Assembly (NCBI GenBank): GCA_012730045.1
Contig: JAAYBR010000002.1
Span: 28,911 to 92,910, forward strand
From: Candidatus Hydrogenedentota bacterium
GTDB taxonomy: Bacteria > Hydrogenedentota > Hydrogenedentia > Hydrogenedentales > CAITNO01
DNA length: 64,000 nucleotides
Direction: 5' to 3'
The notes under the pieces were generated by a model. The model worked only from the letters and a program-made list of their open reading frames with translations. It searched no databases and had not been told where the DNA came from. Of this stretch, positions 9,101-17,810 are shown in pieces; within the stretch, counting starts at the first letter, position 1, and the number at the start of each line of letters is the position of its first letter. Made by a program: the position numbers and the translations under genes.

Positions 9101-10948
9101 GCCGTCCAGTTCGGGAATCTTCGGCGTGTCGGTCCCCGTGTAGGAGTTGGCGGCCGTGAGCAGCGCCGGATTCGCCGTGGTGCCCTGCACCACCGACGCG
9201 CCGCCCGTCGTGTCAAAGAGCGGCTTGTTGGCGCTGTGCGCCGTCACGTTCATGTTGGAAATCCAGGTGAACCGGCCATTGTGCTCCGGCGCGTTGTCGG
9301 CGACATTGAGCGCCTTCACCAGCCGGCCGCCCGCGAGCACCACCGACCCCATCACTTTGGCCATGCCGGGCGTGCCGTAGCCCGCCGCGCCGCCGTTGCC
9401 GCCGTTGCCGCCCTTGCCGCCCGCGCCGCCCAGGCCGCCCGCGCCGCCGGAACCGCCGTCACCGCCCCGGGTGCCGCCATTGGTCGCACCCGTGCCACCC
9501 GCACCACCGGCGTAGCCTGAACCGCCCGCACCGCCGGATTGTCCCGTGGCACCCGGGCCACCGTTCGTCTGTCGCGTCGCGGCGCTCACGTCAAACGTGC
9601 TGCCGCTGATGTTCAGCAGGCCCTGAGCGGCCAGCACAAACGCACCGCCGCCGCTGGCACCTGTTGCACCACCTGCGCCGGAGCCGCCGGTACCGCCGGA
9701 GCCGCCCGCGCCGCCCGGCCCGCCGGTACCGAAGGTGCCGCCATTGATGCCGGACCCGTTCGCGCCCCTTCGGGTGTCAGGACTTGGAATGACCGCATTG
9801 GCTCCGGCGAGGGCCGTGTTGCCGCCCATGGCAGGAGCACCCGAACCCTGGACCGCGCCGGAGGAACCCCCGCCGCCGCCCGCGCCGCCGCCGCCGCCCG
9901 CACCGCCGCCGGACGCGCCGCCTGCACCGCCACCACCACCACCGCCACCGCGCACAACAATAGCTGTTGAACCACCGCTTCCACCGCCGCCGCCACCGCC
10001 CGCGCCGCTGCCGCCGGATGCTCCGCCGCCGCCCGCGCCACCCGCACCACCACCACCACCGCCGCCGCCATGCCCGGCCGCCAATGTCAGATCATCTGCA
10101 GGCGCGGTGAATGCGGGCGTCCCGCCCCCACCGCCGACACCCCCGTCTCCACCCGGATTGCCAATGTTGCCTGTATACCCGGCGGCACCCGTACCGCCCG
10201 CCGACCCGTTGCCGCCAATAATCCCGCCACTGCTCCCGCCGCCACCGCCATTACCGCCCGCAACCGCGCCGCCACCGGTCCCCACGGAACCAACAACCCC
10301 ACTTCCACCGCCACTCCCGGCGGTTCCACGGGATGCATATCCCAACGAACCGCTATTGCCATTCAGTCCGGGCTGGCCAGCAAGTCCGCCCGCTCCGGCA
10401 GTGCCGTCAGCACCCTGCAAACCCGCCGACCCATCCGTTCCGCCAGCGTAGACCCCGCTGCCGCCCGCGCCGCCCGCACCGCCCGCGCCGCCCGCACCAC
10501 CCGAGCCGCCAACACCGCCGGCGCCGCCCGCGCCGCCCGTGCCGCCCGTGCCGCCGCCCAGCGTGCCTGCGGGAACAAACAGGTGGGGGCCCCACAAGAT
10601 GTCGCCGGTGGCGGTGATGGACAGAGGTCTCGACCCCGTCACGTTCACGGAAACGCTGGCGCCCACCGTCAAATTGGCGAAGGGAAAGACGGCGACGCCG
10701 TCAATCTCCACGCCGGTCTTGGACTGCGCGCCCCATTGCATGATGAGCGTGTCGGTGTTGATGTTGAGCGCGCCCGCAGTGACCGTCCAGTCGCCCAGCG
10801 ACCCGTCGCTGCCGTAGATGGCCTGGGCCTGCGCGGTGCCCGCCAGGACACACGCGGCGGCCACGAGGAGGACCGCCAGAGGCGCCAGTGAGGTCCGGGG
10901 CACACCCCTGACCTGTGAACGGAAGAAAGATACGATTACGCCTGACAT
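6125..10948 (-). CDS. large secreted surface protein (1607 aa): signal peptide, roughly 400-aa Gly-rich low-complexity region, at least 8 Ig-like (I-set-type) domains, C-terminal hydrophobic helix plus RRRRG anchor
   Basis: N-terminal signal (…LAVLLVAAACVLAGTAQA). Long (GGxGGxGGA)n tracts. Recurrent Ig-like motifs (…ADEGLYECLVTD…, …VGDYFCRVTSADG…, …AGTYWCVVTDDRG…). C-terminus …GLGGLAAAAAGLALAGTAALRRRRG. Confidence 0.8.
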   Translation of the reverse strand: MSGVIVSFFRSQVRGVPRTSLAPLAVLLVAAACVLAGTAQAQAIYGSDGSLGDWTVTAGALNINTDTLIMQWGAQSKTGVEIDGVAVFPFANLTVGASVSVNVTGSRPLSITATGDILWGPHLFVPAGTLGGGTGGTGGAGGAGGVGGSGGAGGAGGAGGAGGSGVYAGGTDGSAGLQGADGTAGAGGLAGQPGLNGNSGSLGYASRGTAGSGGGSGVVGSVGTGGGAVAGGNGGGGGSSGGIIGGNGSAGGTGAAGYTGNIGNPGGDGGVGGGGGTPAFTAPADDLTLAAGHGGGGGGGGAGGAGGGGASGGSGAGGGGGGGSGGSTAIVVRGGGGGGGGAGGASGGGAGGGGGAGGGGGSSGAVQGSGAPAMGGNTALAGANAVIPSPDTRRGANGSGINGGTFGTGGPGGAGGSGGTGGSGAGGATGASGGGAFVLAAQGLLNISGSTFDVSAATRQTNGGPGATGQSGGAGGSGYAGGAGGTGATNGGTRGGDGGSGGAGGLGGAGGKGGNGGNGGAAGYGTPGMAKVMGSVVLAGGRLVKALNVADNAPEHNGRFTWISNMNVTAHSANKPLFDTTGGASVVQGTTANPALLTAANSYTGTDTPKIPELDGGPAAAGWLKAAFWNKVQVDALLPDNGQMRACVLRQPPAANYSVYEGHDQLVVKNTSLQPMDNVAVVVGSNPPVLINGAGGAPGVLPAGRVWTTTVPAGVFALAVRLPQVQPETLTANVEGPAQFSVLAGDFPGLVYQWRHDGIDLSDGAKYAGAATAILTISDCVNADEGLYECLVTDPSAGGASFLLSGGVLTVSDPALLTQPVSQVVDPLAVVEFAVTTAGTVNAIQWFKDGAPLADGTTPEGTVITGSTAETLVLTGVRDADEGVYVCTLTGPDGDLSSNPATLTVNNVPVIATMPLSQNVPVGGNFTLEVGLSGGTPVFDYMWVKEGQPGEEILLRLTTGAAVSNSILLPLSGTGALLSDAGRYRVKIRNSASRAINTTGDPDNDWVNSDWAQITVYEPILVVAHPVSSAVRYGDTATLICSVVGSLPGLQMTWLDEEDQEVTGVNPRASVDTQGTLSTLTITAAENADEPPTWPAGGYRCRISNDYQSGANAVFSNRADLNVLDPAITMQPQSQIASLNGSATFSVGAVGSALSYEWFKDGGATVLSTTDTLVVSPVTEAEVGDYFCRVTSADGAVDSAMANLRISDPYIVGHPASVIVDPGEPVTFTVTVGDLSTLPIGYQWKLNGVALTGPGAAGTLAAAPLVIEYNIASAAQADVGVYTCELDGTDGIVVSNPATLALNLAPEVSGITPNPSDGVAPFGSPATLTVQVSGGTPPFTYLWTKDGAPIAEGNVTGITEPVLSFTNVQAANEGLYRCTVTNTAGSDYAERNLYAGQLITFIQHPQARRAYYDDSVFFQVVVGGGKGTRSFQWKRQRAGVVTNVGVNSPVLTLNNLSVNNAGTYWCVVTDDRGAYPSNEATLTLAARLAFTQTIPAEDTAIFGKDYLLRVRTTGGHDPVFFEWQFNGVPVAPTATLPNGSDLQLTNVAFEDAGTYVLTAFDSYTDTLTAQCELTVAYGTPVAGLGGLAAAAAGLALAGTAALRRRRG

Positions 10949-11146
10949 TGTTCACTCTCCCAAGAGTTGGTTAACCGTACTCCAAGTCTCGAACGCGCCA
11001 CCTCAGATTGCCCTCAAGAAGCCCGCGTCCTAGGGATACCTGTTAAATTGTAGATACAATCGTTTCCAAAGTCAAGGAAAATGCGGAATCTTTTATTTTC
11101 TCCTGTTGCATGGGAGAACAGGCGGAAGGCAGGATGGGGGCGTTTT

Positions 11147-13263
11147 CTACGGCCGGACGGCCTCAAGTTTTTCAGCCAGACGGGGAAAATCCGGGTTCAG
11201 AAGGCGCACCTTCTCAAAGTACTCGCGCGCGCGATCCCTCTGTCCCAGGGCCAGAAGCACCGTGCCCAGGTTGAAATTGGCCCCGAGATGGTCCGGATTC
11301 GCCGCCAGCGGGCGCTCGTAGTGGGCGAAGGCGTCATCCACACGGCCTGCGGCCACCAGTGCGTTCGCCGCCTCCACGCAGAGTTCCGGGTCGCCGGGCC
11401 GCTTTTCCAGCGCGCTGGCGAAGGCGGCCAGCGCGTCCTCCGGCCGGTTCAGGCGCAGCAGGGCGCGCCCCCGGTTCAGGTCGGCGGCAGGGTCGGTGGC
11501 ATGGATGGTGAGTGCCTTGTCAAAGCAGGCCAAGGCCTCGTCCGGTTTTCCCTCGTCCAGGGCAAGGGTGCCGAGGTTGTTGAGGGCGATGGGGAACTCG
11601 GGGATCAGGCGGAGGGCCTCCTGGAAACGCTTTTCCACCTCCTCCTGGCGGCCCTGCTCGGCGAGGAGCTTGCCGATCTTGTGGAGGACGTAGCCAAACT
11701 GCGGCGCGATGCGGAGGGCGGCCTCGTAGTGGCGCATGACCCCCTCCGACTCGCCGCGCCGGGCAAGGTCCGGCTGGTAGGGCACCCACTGCACGGAGAA
11801 GAACACCGCCAGCAGCGCGGGCAACGCGGTGGCCCGCAGGACGCGCCCGGTCTCGCGGGACCGCACGGCGTCCAGAATGCGCGCAAGAACCGGGCCGGCC
11901 ACCACCAGCATCAGGGGAATCGCGGGCACCCGCGCACGTCCGTTCACGAAGAAGGGGATGAAGGAGGCGAGGTACAGCCCGGTGAAAACCAGCAGGAGCA
12001 GGAGCACCTGCCCCGCCGTGGCGCCGCCGGTGTCGCGCCGGAGCCGCCCGCTCAGGGCGTCCGACAGCACGAGCGCCAGCCCGGCCCAGAAAAGCGCCGC
12101 CACCAGCGGGAAACGGGGGAGGAGGTTCAGGGGCGGATAGAAGGCCATCTCGCGCTGCACCACCTTGTTGCAGGTGATCTCCACGGGGCTCCAGATCAGC
12201 ACGGCCTTTTTCAGCATGCGCCGGAGGGTCAGGCCGGGGTTGGCCTTCATGAAGGCCTTCGCGCGGCCGGCGAAATACGATGACACCTCGGTGTGCGTCA
12301 TCTCCGGACGGCCCAATTCCTTCCGCACGCCCTTGACCACGTTGATGTAGTCCTGCGCCGTCCAGTTGCCCGTGCCCTCCAGTTCCTGGAGATAGGGCAG
12401 CCACGGCGTCACGCCGTCGGCGTCCGGGTCGTTGCCGATGAGCAGGTTCTCGCCGAAATAGGTGGCGATGGGCACGAACTCGCCGGAGGCGACGTAGTTG
12501 CGCACCGTCACGGGAATCACCACCAGCACGGTCGTCACGAGCAGAAGCAGCCACGACGCGGGGATCCGCGCCAGCCGGCCCCGCCGCCACGCCACCCAAA
12601 CCATCCAGCGGCGGCCAGCGGCCCCAGCCCGAGGATGTTCGGGCGCATCAGGGCGTAGGAGCCGAAGATCAGCCCCGCCAGAACTGCCCAGCCGGGGGAG
12701 CAGTTGCGCGACCACAGAAACAGCACGTAGACCAGCAGGGGAAACAGGAACACAAAGAGCGCGGGGTCGTTGACCTCGCCCTCCCAGTAGACGAAGATGC
12801 CGAGCACGGCGGCGCAGAACGCGCTGAAGAGCCCCGCCGCCGGGGAGAAGAGCGCGCGCCCCAGCAGAAACAGCACCACGATGGTGCCGAGCCCCAGGAA
12901 CAGGTTCATCAGGCGCGGCGCGAGATAGCTCCCGTCCGTCAGCCCGTAGACCGCCGTCAGCAGGTAGCCGTAGCCCGGCGGACGGAAGAACGGCGTGGTG
13001 CGCATCTCCGGGTCCGTCGTGCCGTCGGGCACCGACCAGTCGCCCGACAGGATCGCGCGGGCGAAATAGTCCTGCACCTGCGGATCCTGCTGGAGGGCGG
13101 CGAAATCCGGGGCCTGGGCCACCTGCGCGAGGTAGGCCACCCGCAGGATTAGCCCCAGCAGCAGGATGAGCGCCAGACGCCGCCATTCCCACGGCGCGAC
13201 GCGCCGTGGAACGCCGGAATCCGTGTCAGCGGGGACGGGGGACGCTGTTGACGGTGTGGTCAC
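11147..13263 (-). pseudogene. GT39/ArnT-like (PMT family) membrane glycosyltransferase with C-terminal TPR repeats; reading frame is disrupted near 12600-12640
   Basis: The N-terminal 242 aa (13263..12535) lie in one frame and have hydrophobic helices typical of GT-C enzymes. The remainder (about 12607..11147) is in a neighbouring frame and includes at least 4 TPR repeats at the C-terminus. The first roughly 195 aa of the 681-aa ORF are frame artefact. Confidence 0.5.
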
Positions 13264-13361
13264 GTAGGCTCCTCAGCAAGACAGGTGGGCGCGCGCCCGG
13301 ACAGCCGGCAGGCCAGGACCGAAGGCCGCGGGGGGTGCAGAAAAAGGGGGCCACGCACGCC

Positions 13362-13511
13362 CTAAAGCATGTACACAAACGGGGAAACCACCCCCGCACT
13401 GCCCGCAAACGCGAACAGGAAGGCGAGCAGCACCAGGGAGATAAGGATGGGCAGGAGCCAGAATTTCTTGCGCACCCGCATGAACGCCCAGAGTTCTTTC
13501 AATGTTTCCAT
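13362..13511 (-). CDS. small conserved-looking membrane protein (49 aa), absent from the ORF track because it is under 60 aa
   Basis: METLKELWAFMRVRKKFWLLPILISLVLLAFLFAFAGSAGVVSPFVYML: basic N-terminal half, one TM helix, PF(V/I)Y motif. Codon usage is typical of the genome. Confidence 0.4.
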   Translation of the reverse strand: METLKELWAFMRVRKKFWLLPILISLVLLAFLFAFAGSAGVVSPFVYML

Positions 13512-13654
13512 GGACACATCCTGTTTTTGGACAACGACTTCACGCAGGAATGGTACCGTCCCCCGCCCGGCAAGTCAACCTTTCGGCGACGCTGGGATTC
13601 CCGCAGGGGGAAGAACGCGCGGCGAGGGCGGCCTGCATCGGCGGCACAGCTCCG

Positions 13655-13727
13655 CAGTCCATACCGTCCATCCAGTCCATATCGTCCATCAAATGGACGG
13701 AATGGACTAAACGGACACTATGGACCT
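13655..13727. promoter_or_regulatory. array of 7 GTCCAT/ATGGAC hexamers with 9-bp periodicity, upstream of the Tat-secreted phosphodiesterase gene
   Basis: GTCCAT at 13657, 13666, 13675 and 13684. The inverted ATGGAC at 13692, 13701 and 13719. Confidence 0.4.
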
Positions 13728-13825
13728 GGCCCAATCCCGGAAAGAGAACCGGTGCCGGGGGTGTTTGCTAGAATGCTCTCTCCGGCGGGGTGTTGCGCCG
13801 GGCAACGGTTTACGGAGTGACTGTC

Positions 13826-15817
13826 ATGCAGATGAAGAAGAATGCCGGGCTTTCCCGGAGGGCGTTTCTGGGCGCGGTGGCGGCGGGGGGCGCGTTTGCC
13901 ATCGGGGCGGGCGGTCGCGCGGCGGCGCAGGCGGGAGGCCGGGTGGTCATGCTCGGGTTCGACGGCGCGGAGCCCCGGATTATCGAGGAGATGCTGGGCC
14001 GGGGCGAACTGCCCAACCTGGCAAAACTGCGGGACCAGGGCGGCTTCCACGACTTGGGCTCGACGGTGCCGCCGCAGTCGCCGGTGGCTTGGAACACCTT
14101 CGCGACGTGCAAGAACCCCGGCGGGCACAACATCTTCGACTTCATCCGCCGGAACCCGCAGGGGCCGACGGGCCCCTTCCCCGTGGTGGGCACGGGCAAG
14201 CTGGAGTCCGTCCGCCTGACGCCGCAGGGCATGGTGGAGGCACCGGCAAGCGGGGTCAACTACCGCCGGGGCACGCCGTTCTGGGCCGTGGCGGACGAGC
14301 AGGGCAAACGCGCGAAAATCCTGAACGTGCCGTTCATCTTCCCCGCGGACCCGATGAAGAACGGGCTGATGCTGTGCGCCCTGGGGGTGCCGGACGTGCG
14401 CGGCACGTCGAGCACCTATTTCTCCCTGTCGGACCGGTTCACGGACGGACAGCTCCGCGAGCCCCTCTCGGGCGGCCAGCGCATGAAGCTGGCCTTTGAC
14501 GGCACGGACACGGCGGAGGTCGCCCTGCCGGGGCCGCGCGACGGGCGGGTGAAGTTTGGCCAGCCGGGGGCGCACACCACGGTCCCCGTGCGCGTCCAGG
14601 TGGACCGCAAGGCGGGCAAAGGCTTCGCCGAATCGGACGGGAAACGCGTGGAGCTGGTGCGGGGCGAATGGTCCGAGTGGCTGGAGCTGCGCTTCAAGAT
14701 GTCGGACAGCTTCTCCGTGGAGGCGCTGACGCGTTTCTACCCCATGGAGATCGGGGAGGCCGTGCGCGTCTACGCGGGGTGCGTGCAGTTCCACCCACGC
14801 GCGCCCTACGCCCCCTTCACGCACCCGAGCGAGTATTCGGCGGAGCTGGCGGAGCGCTACGGGCTCTACAAGACCGTCGGCTGGGCCTATGACACCCACG
14901 CCCTGCGCCAGGGCGACCTGGACGAGGAGGCCTTCCTGAAGGACATTGACCAGACCATGGCATGGCGCGAGCGGCTGACGCTGGACGAGCTGGACCGGGG
15001 CGGCTTTGACATGCTGGTGAGCGCGTGGACCGCCACGGACCGGGTGGGCCACATGTTCTGGCGGTTCCGCGACCCGAAACACCCGCTCTACCAGCCGGAC
15101 GCCCCGGAGAAGTGGGCCAAGGCGCTGGAGGCGTCCTACCGCCGCGCGGACGAGGCCACGGGCCGCGTCATGGAACGCCTCACGCCGGAGGACACGCTGT
15201 TCGTCCTGTCGGACCACGGCTTCGGCACGTGGCGGACGGGCTTCGACGTGAACGCGTGGCTCAAGGAGCGGGGCTGGCTGGCCGTGGCCGATCCGGCGAA
15301 GGCCGGCGAGGGCTTCCTCCAGGGGATTGACTGGGCAAAGACGCGGGCCTACGCCGTGGGCCTCAGCTCGGTCTACCTGAACCTCCAGGGCCGCGAGACG
15401 CGCGGCGTCGTGGCGAAGGCGGACGCGGAGCGGCAGGTCCAGGAGCTGGCCGCCGCGCTGCTGGAGGTCAAGGACCCGGACACGGGCGCGAAGGTGTTCG
15501 ACAAGGTCCACCCGGGGTCGGCGTACCGGGGCGAGGCCATGGCCGACGCGCCGGACCTTGTGCTGGGCTACGCCGCGGCCTACCAGAACCACAAGACGGC
15601 GGCGAAGGGCGGCGTGGGCGAAAAGCTGTTCGAGCCGAACGCGGACAAGTGGAGCGGGGACCACGCCTCGACCGAGTGCTCGCTGTGCCCCGGCATGCTG
15701 TTCAGCAACCGCAAACTGGCGAAGACCGCGCCGAACATCCAGGACCTCGGCGTGACGGCGCTGCGCGCCCTGGGCGCGTCGGTGCCCGCGGACTATGAGG
15801 GCGACATGATCCTGTGA
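13826..15817 (+). CDS. alkaline-phosphatase-superfamily phosphodiesterase / nucleotide pyrophosphatase (type I phosphodiesterase family) with a Tat signal peptide
   Basis: Twin-arginine motif SRRAFLGAVAAGG…; metal-site region …VVMLGFDGAEP… …LSDHGFG…. Confidence 0.8.
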   Translation: MQMKKNAGLSRRAFLGAVAAGGAFAIGAGGRAAAQAGGRVVMLGFDGAEPRIIEEMLGRGELPNLAKLRDQGGFHDLGSTVPPQSPVAWNTFATCKNPGGHNIFDFIRRNPQGPTGPFPVVGTGKLESVRLTPQGMVEAPASGVNYRRGTPFWAVADEQGKRAKILNVPFIFPADPMKNGLMLCALGVPDVRGTSSTYFSLSDRFTDGQLREPLSGGQRMKLAFDGTDTAEVALPGPRDGRVKFGQPGAHTTVPVRVQVDRKAGKGFAESDGKRVELVRGEWSEWLELRFKMSDSFSVEALTRFYPMEIGEAVRVYAGCVQFHPRAPYAPFTHPSEYSAELAERYGLYKTVGWAYDTHALRQGDLDEEAFLKDIDQTMAWRERLTLDELDRGGFDMLVSAWTATDRVGHMFWRFRDPKHPLYQPDAPEKWAKALEASYRRADEATGRVMERLTPEDTLFVLSDHGFGTWRTGFDVNAWLKERGWLAVADPAKAGEGFLQGIDWAKTRAYAVGLSSVYLNLQGRETRGVVAKADAERQVQELAAALLEVKDPDTGAKVFDKVHPGSAYRGEAMADAPDLVLGYAAAYQNHKTAAKGGVGEKLFEPNADKWSGDHASTECSLCPGMLFSNRKLAKTAPNIQDLGVTALRALGASVPADYEGDMIL

Positions 15818-15826
15818 CCCGGCGGC

Positions 15827-17605
15827 TCAGGCCTGGTCGGGCGGGTACTTGACCACGAGGTGCAGCTCGTCAAGCTGGCGCTGCTCCACCGTGCCGGGCG
15901 CGCCCATGAGCAGGTCCTGCGCGCGCTGGTTGAGCGGGAACGCGATGACCTCGCGGATGTTCGGCTCGTCGGCCAGCAGCATGACGATGCGGTCGAGGCC
16001 CGGGGCGATGCCCCCGTGGGGGGGGGCACCGTAGTGGAAGGCCTTCCACAGGGCGGGGAACTTCGACTTCACGACGCTCTCGGGGTACCCGGCGATCTCG
16101 AAGGCCTTCAGCATGACCTCGGGCCGGTGGTTGCGGATGGCGCCGGACGACAGCTCGATGCCGTTGCACACGATGTCGTACTGGTAGGCCAGCACCTCCA
16201 GCGGGTCCTGGTTCAGCAGGGCGTCCATGCCGCCCTGGGGCATCGAGAAGGGGTTGTGGCAGAAGTCCACCTTGTTGAAGTCCTCGTTCCACTCGAACAT
16301 GGGGAAGTCCACGATCCAGCAGAACGCGGCGAGGGACGGGTCAATCAGGTCCAGCTTGCGGCCGAGATAGGCGCGCACCTTGCCCATGAGCCCGTTGGTC
16401 TCCGCCCGCTTGCCCGCGCCGAAGAAGAGGGCGTCGCCGTCCTCCGCGCCGGTCCGCGCGATGAGGCCGCGCTTCTCGTCCTCGCTGAGGAACTTCGCGA
16501 TGGGGCCCTTGAACTCGCCGCCGCGCAGGGCCAGCCAGGCGAGGCCCTTGGCCCCCTCGGACCGGGCGTGGCGCTCGGCGTCGTCGAAGAACTTTCGGGG
16601 CTGGTCGGCCGCGCCCTTGGCGTTGAGCACCTTCACCGCGCCGCCCGTCTCGACCTGGGCGCTGAACACCTTCAGCTCGCAGGCGCCGAACAGGTCGGTG
16701 CAGTCGGTCATCTTCATCTCGAAGCGCAGGTCCGGCTTGTCCGTGCCGTACAGCTCCACGGCGTCGCGGTAGGTCACGCGCGGGAACACGGGGTTCTGGA
16801 TGCGCTTGGACGACAGCTCGCTGAACACGCGGACCAGGAGCCTCTCCAGCTCCAGGAACAGGTCCTCCTGCGTGATGAAGGACATCTCGATGTCAATCTG
16901 GTAGAACTCGCCCGGGCTGCGGTCCGCGCGGGAGTCCTCGTCGCGGAAGCACGGGGCGATCTGGAAGTACTTGTCGAAGCCGGAGACCATGAGGAGCTGC
17001 TTGAACTGCTGGGGGGCCTGCGGCAGGGCGTAGAAGGCGCCCGCGTACAGGCGGCTGGGCACCAGGTAGTCGCGCGCGCCCTCGGGGGACGACGCCGTGA
17101 GGATGGGCGTGTGGAACTCCGTGAAGCCCCGCTCGACCAGGTGCTGGCGCACCAGCGCGGCGGTCTGCGAGCGCAGGAGGATGTTGCGGTGCATGTGGTC
17201 GCGGCGCAGGTCGAGGAAGCGGTGTTCGAGACGCGTCTCCTCGGGGCAGTCCAGTTCCTGGTTCACCGGGAAGGGCAGCGTCTCCGCCGTGGACTCCACG
17301 AGGAAGGCGTCGGCGACGACCTCGATGTCGCCGGTGGCCATGTTCGGGTTCACCGTCTCCGCCGCACGCGCCACCACCGCGCCCGTCACCGTCACGACAT
17401 ACTCGTTGCGCGCGCGCTCGGCCTCGGCAAAGCACGGGCTGCCGGGGTTCACCACCACCTGGGTCACGCCGTAATGGTCGCGCAGGTCAATGAAGACCAC
17501 CCCGCCGTGGTCCCGCTTGCGGTGGACCCAGCCGGAGAGCTTGACCGTCGTGCCCGCGTCCGTCTTGCTCAGGGCGCCGCAGGTATGGGTGCGAAAGGGG
17601 TGCAT
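15827..17605 (-). CDS. aspS: aspartate--tRNA ligase
   Basis: Full-length class II aaRS: OB anticodon-binding domain, …[18 protein letters not shown]…, GAD insertion, C-terminal …GLDRIVMLL…. Confidence 0.95.
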   Translation of the reverse strand: MHPFRTHTCGALSKTDAGTTVKLSGWVHRKRDHGGVVFIDLRDHYGVTQVVVNPGSPCFAEAERARNEYVVTVTGAVVARAAETVNPNMATGDIEVVADAFLVESTAETLPFPVNQELDCPEETRLEHRFLDLRRDHMHRNILLRSQTAALVRQHLVERGFTEFHTPILTASSPEGARDYLVPSRLYAGAFYALPQAPQQFKQLLMVSGFDKYFQIAPCFRDEDSRADRSPGEFYQIDIEMSFITQEDLFLELERLLVRVFSELSSKRIQNPVFPRVTYRDAVELYGTDKPDLRFEMKMTDCTDLFGACELKVFSAQVETGGAVKVLNAKGAADQPRKFFDDAERHARSEGAKGLAWLALRGGEFKGPIAKFLSEDEKRGLIARTGAEDGDALFFGAGKRAETNGLMGKVRAYLGRKLDLIDPSLAAFCWIVDFPMFEWNEDFNKVDFCHNPFSMPQGGMDALLNQDPLEVLAYQYDIVCNGIELSSGAIRNHRPEVMLKAFEIAGYPESVVKSKFPALWKAFHYGAPPHGGIAPGLDRIVMLLADEPNIREVIAFPLNQRAQDLLMGAPGTVEQRQLDELHLVVKYPPDQA

Positions 17606-17810
17606 GGGGGGCCTCCAGAAGAAAAACGGGCCTTCCGGCCCTTATTCCAAGTGCGACAGGCGTTTCCGCGTCCACGCGGAACTTTCGGAATGGTAGCAAT
17701 CCCCGCGAAAAATGTCAAACCGCGCGGGACGGAAGGTGGCGCGGGGCTTCCCTGCGGGCTTATGATGGGGTGCCCTGCCCCGGCAGGCGGGCGGGCGGAG
17801 GGTTCCCGCC

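Noticed and set aside
5936-9520. 1194-aa plus-strand ORF, with several nested ORFs, across the Ig-like protein locus
   Set aside because: It is antisense to a well-supported minus-strand gene, the product is Arg/Gly/Ala-rich with no domains, and it is a typical GC-rich antisense artefact.
11081-12283. 400-aa plus-strand ORF
   Set aside because: Antisense to the TPR and transmembrane region of the GT39 gene.
12608-13192. N-terminal roughly 195 aa of the 681-aa ORF 11147..13192
   Set aside because: Out-of-frame read-through of the GT39 N-terminal region. The genuine N-terminus lies in the 13263 frame.
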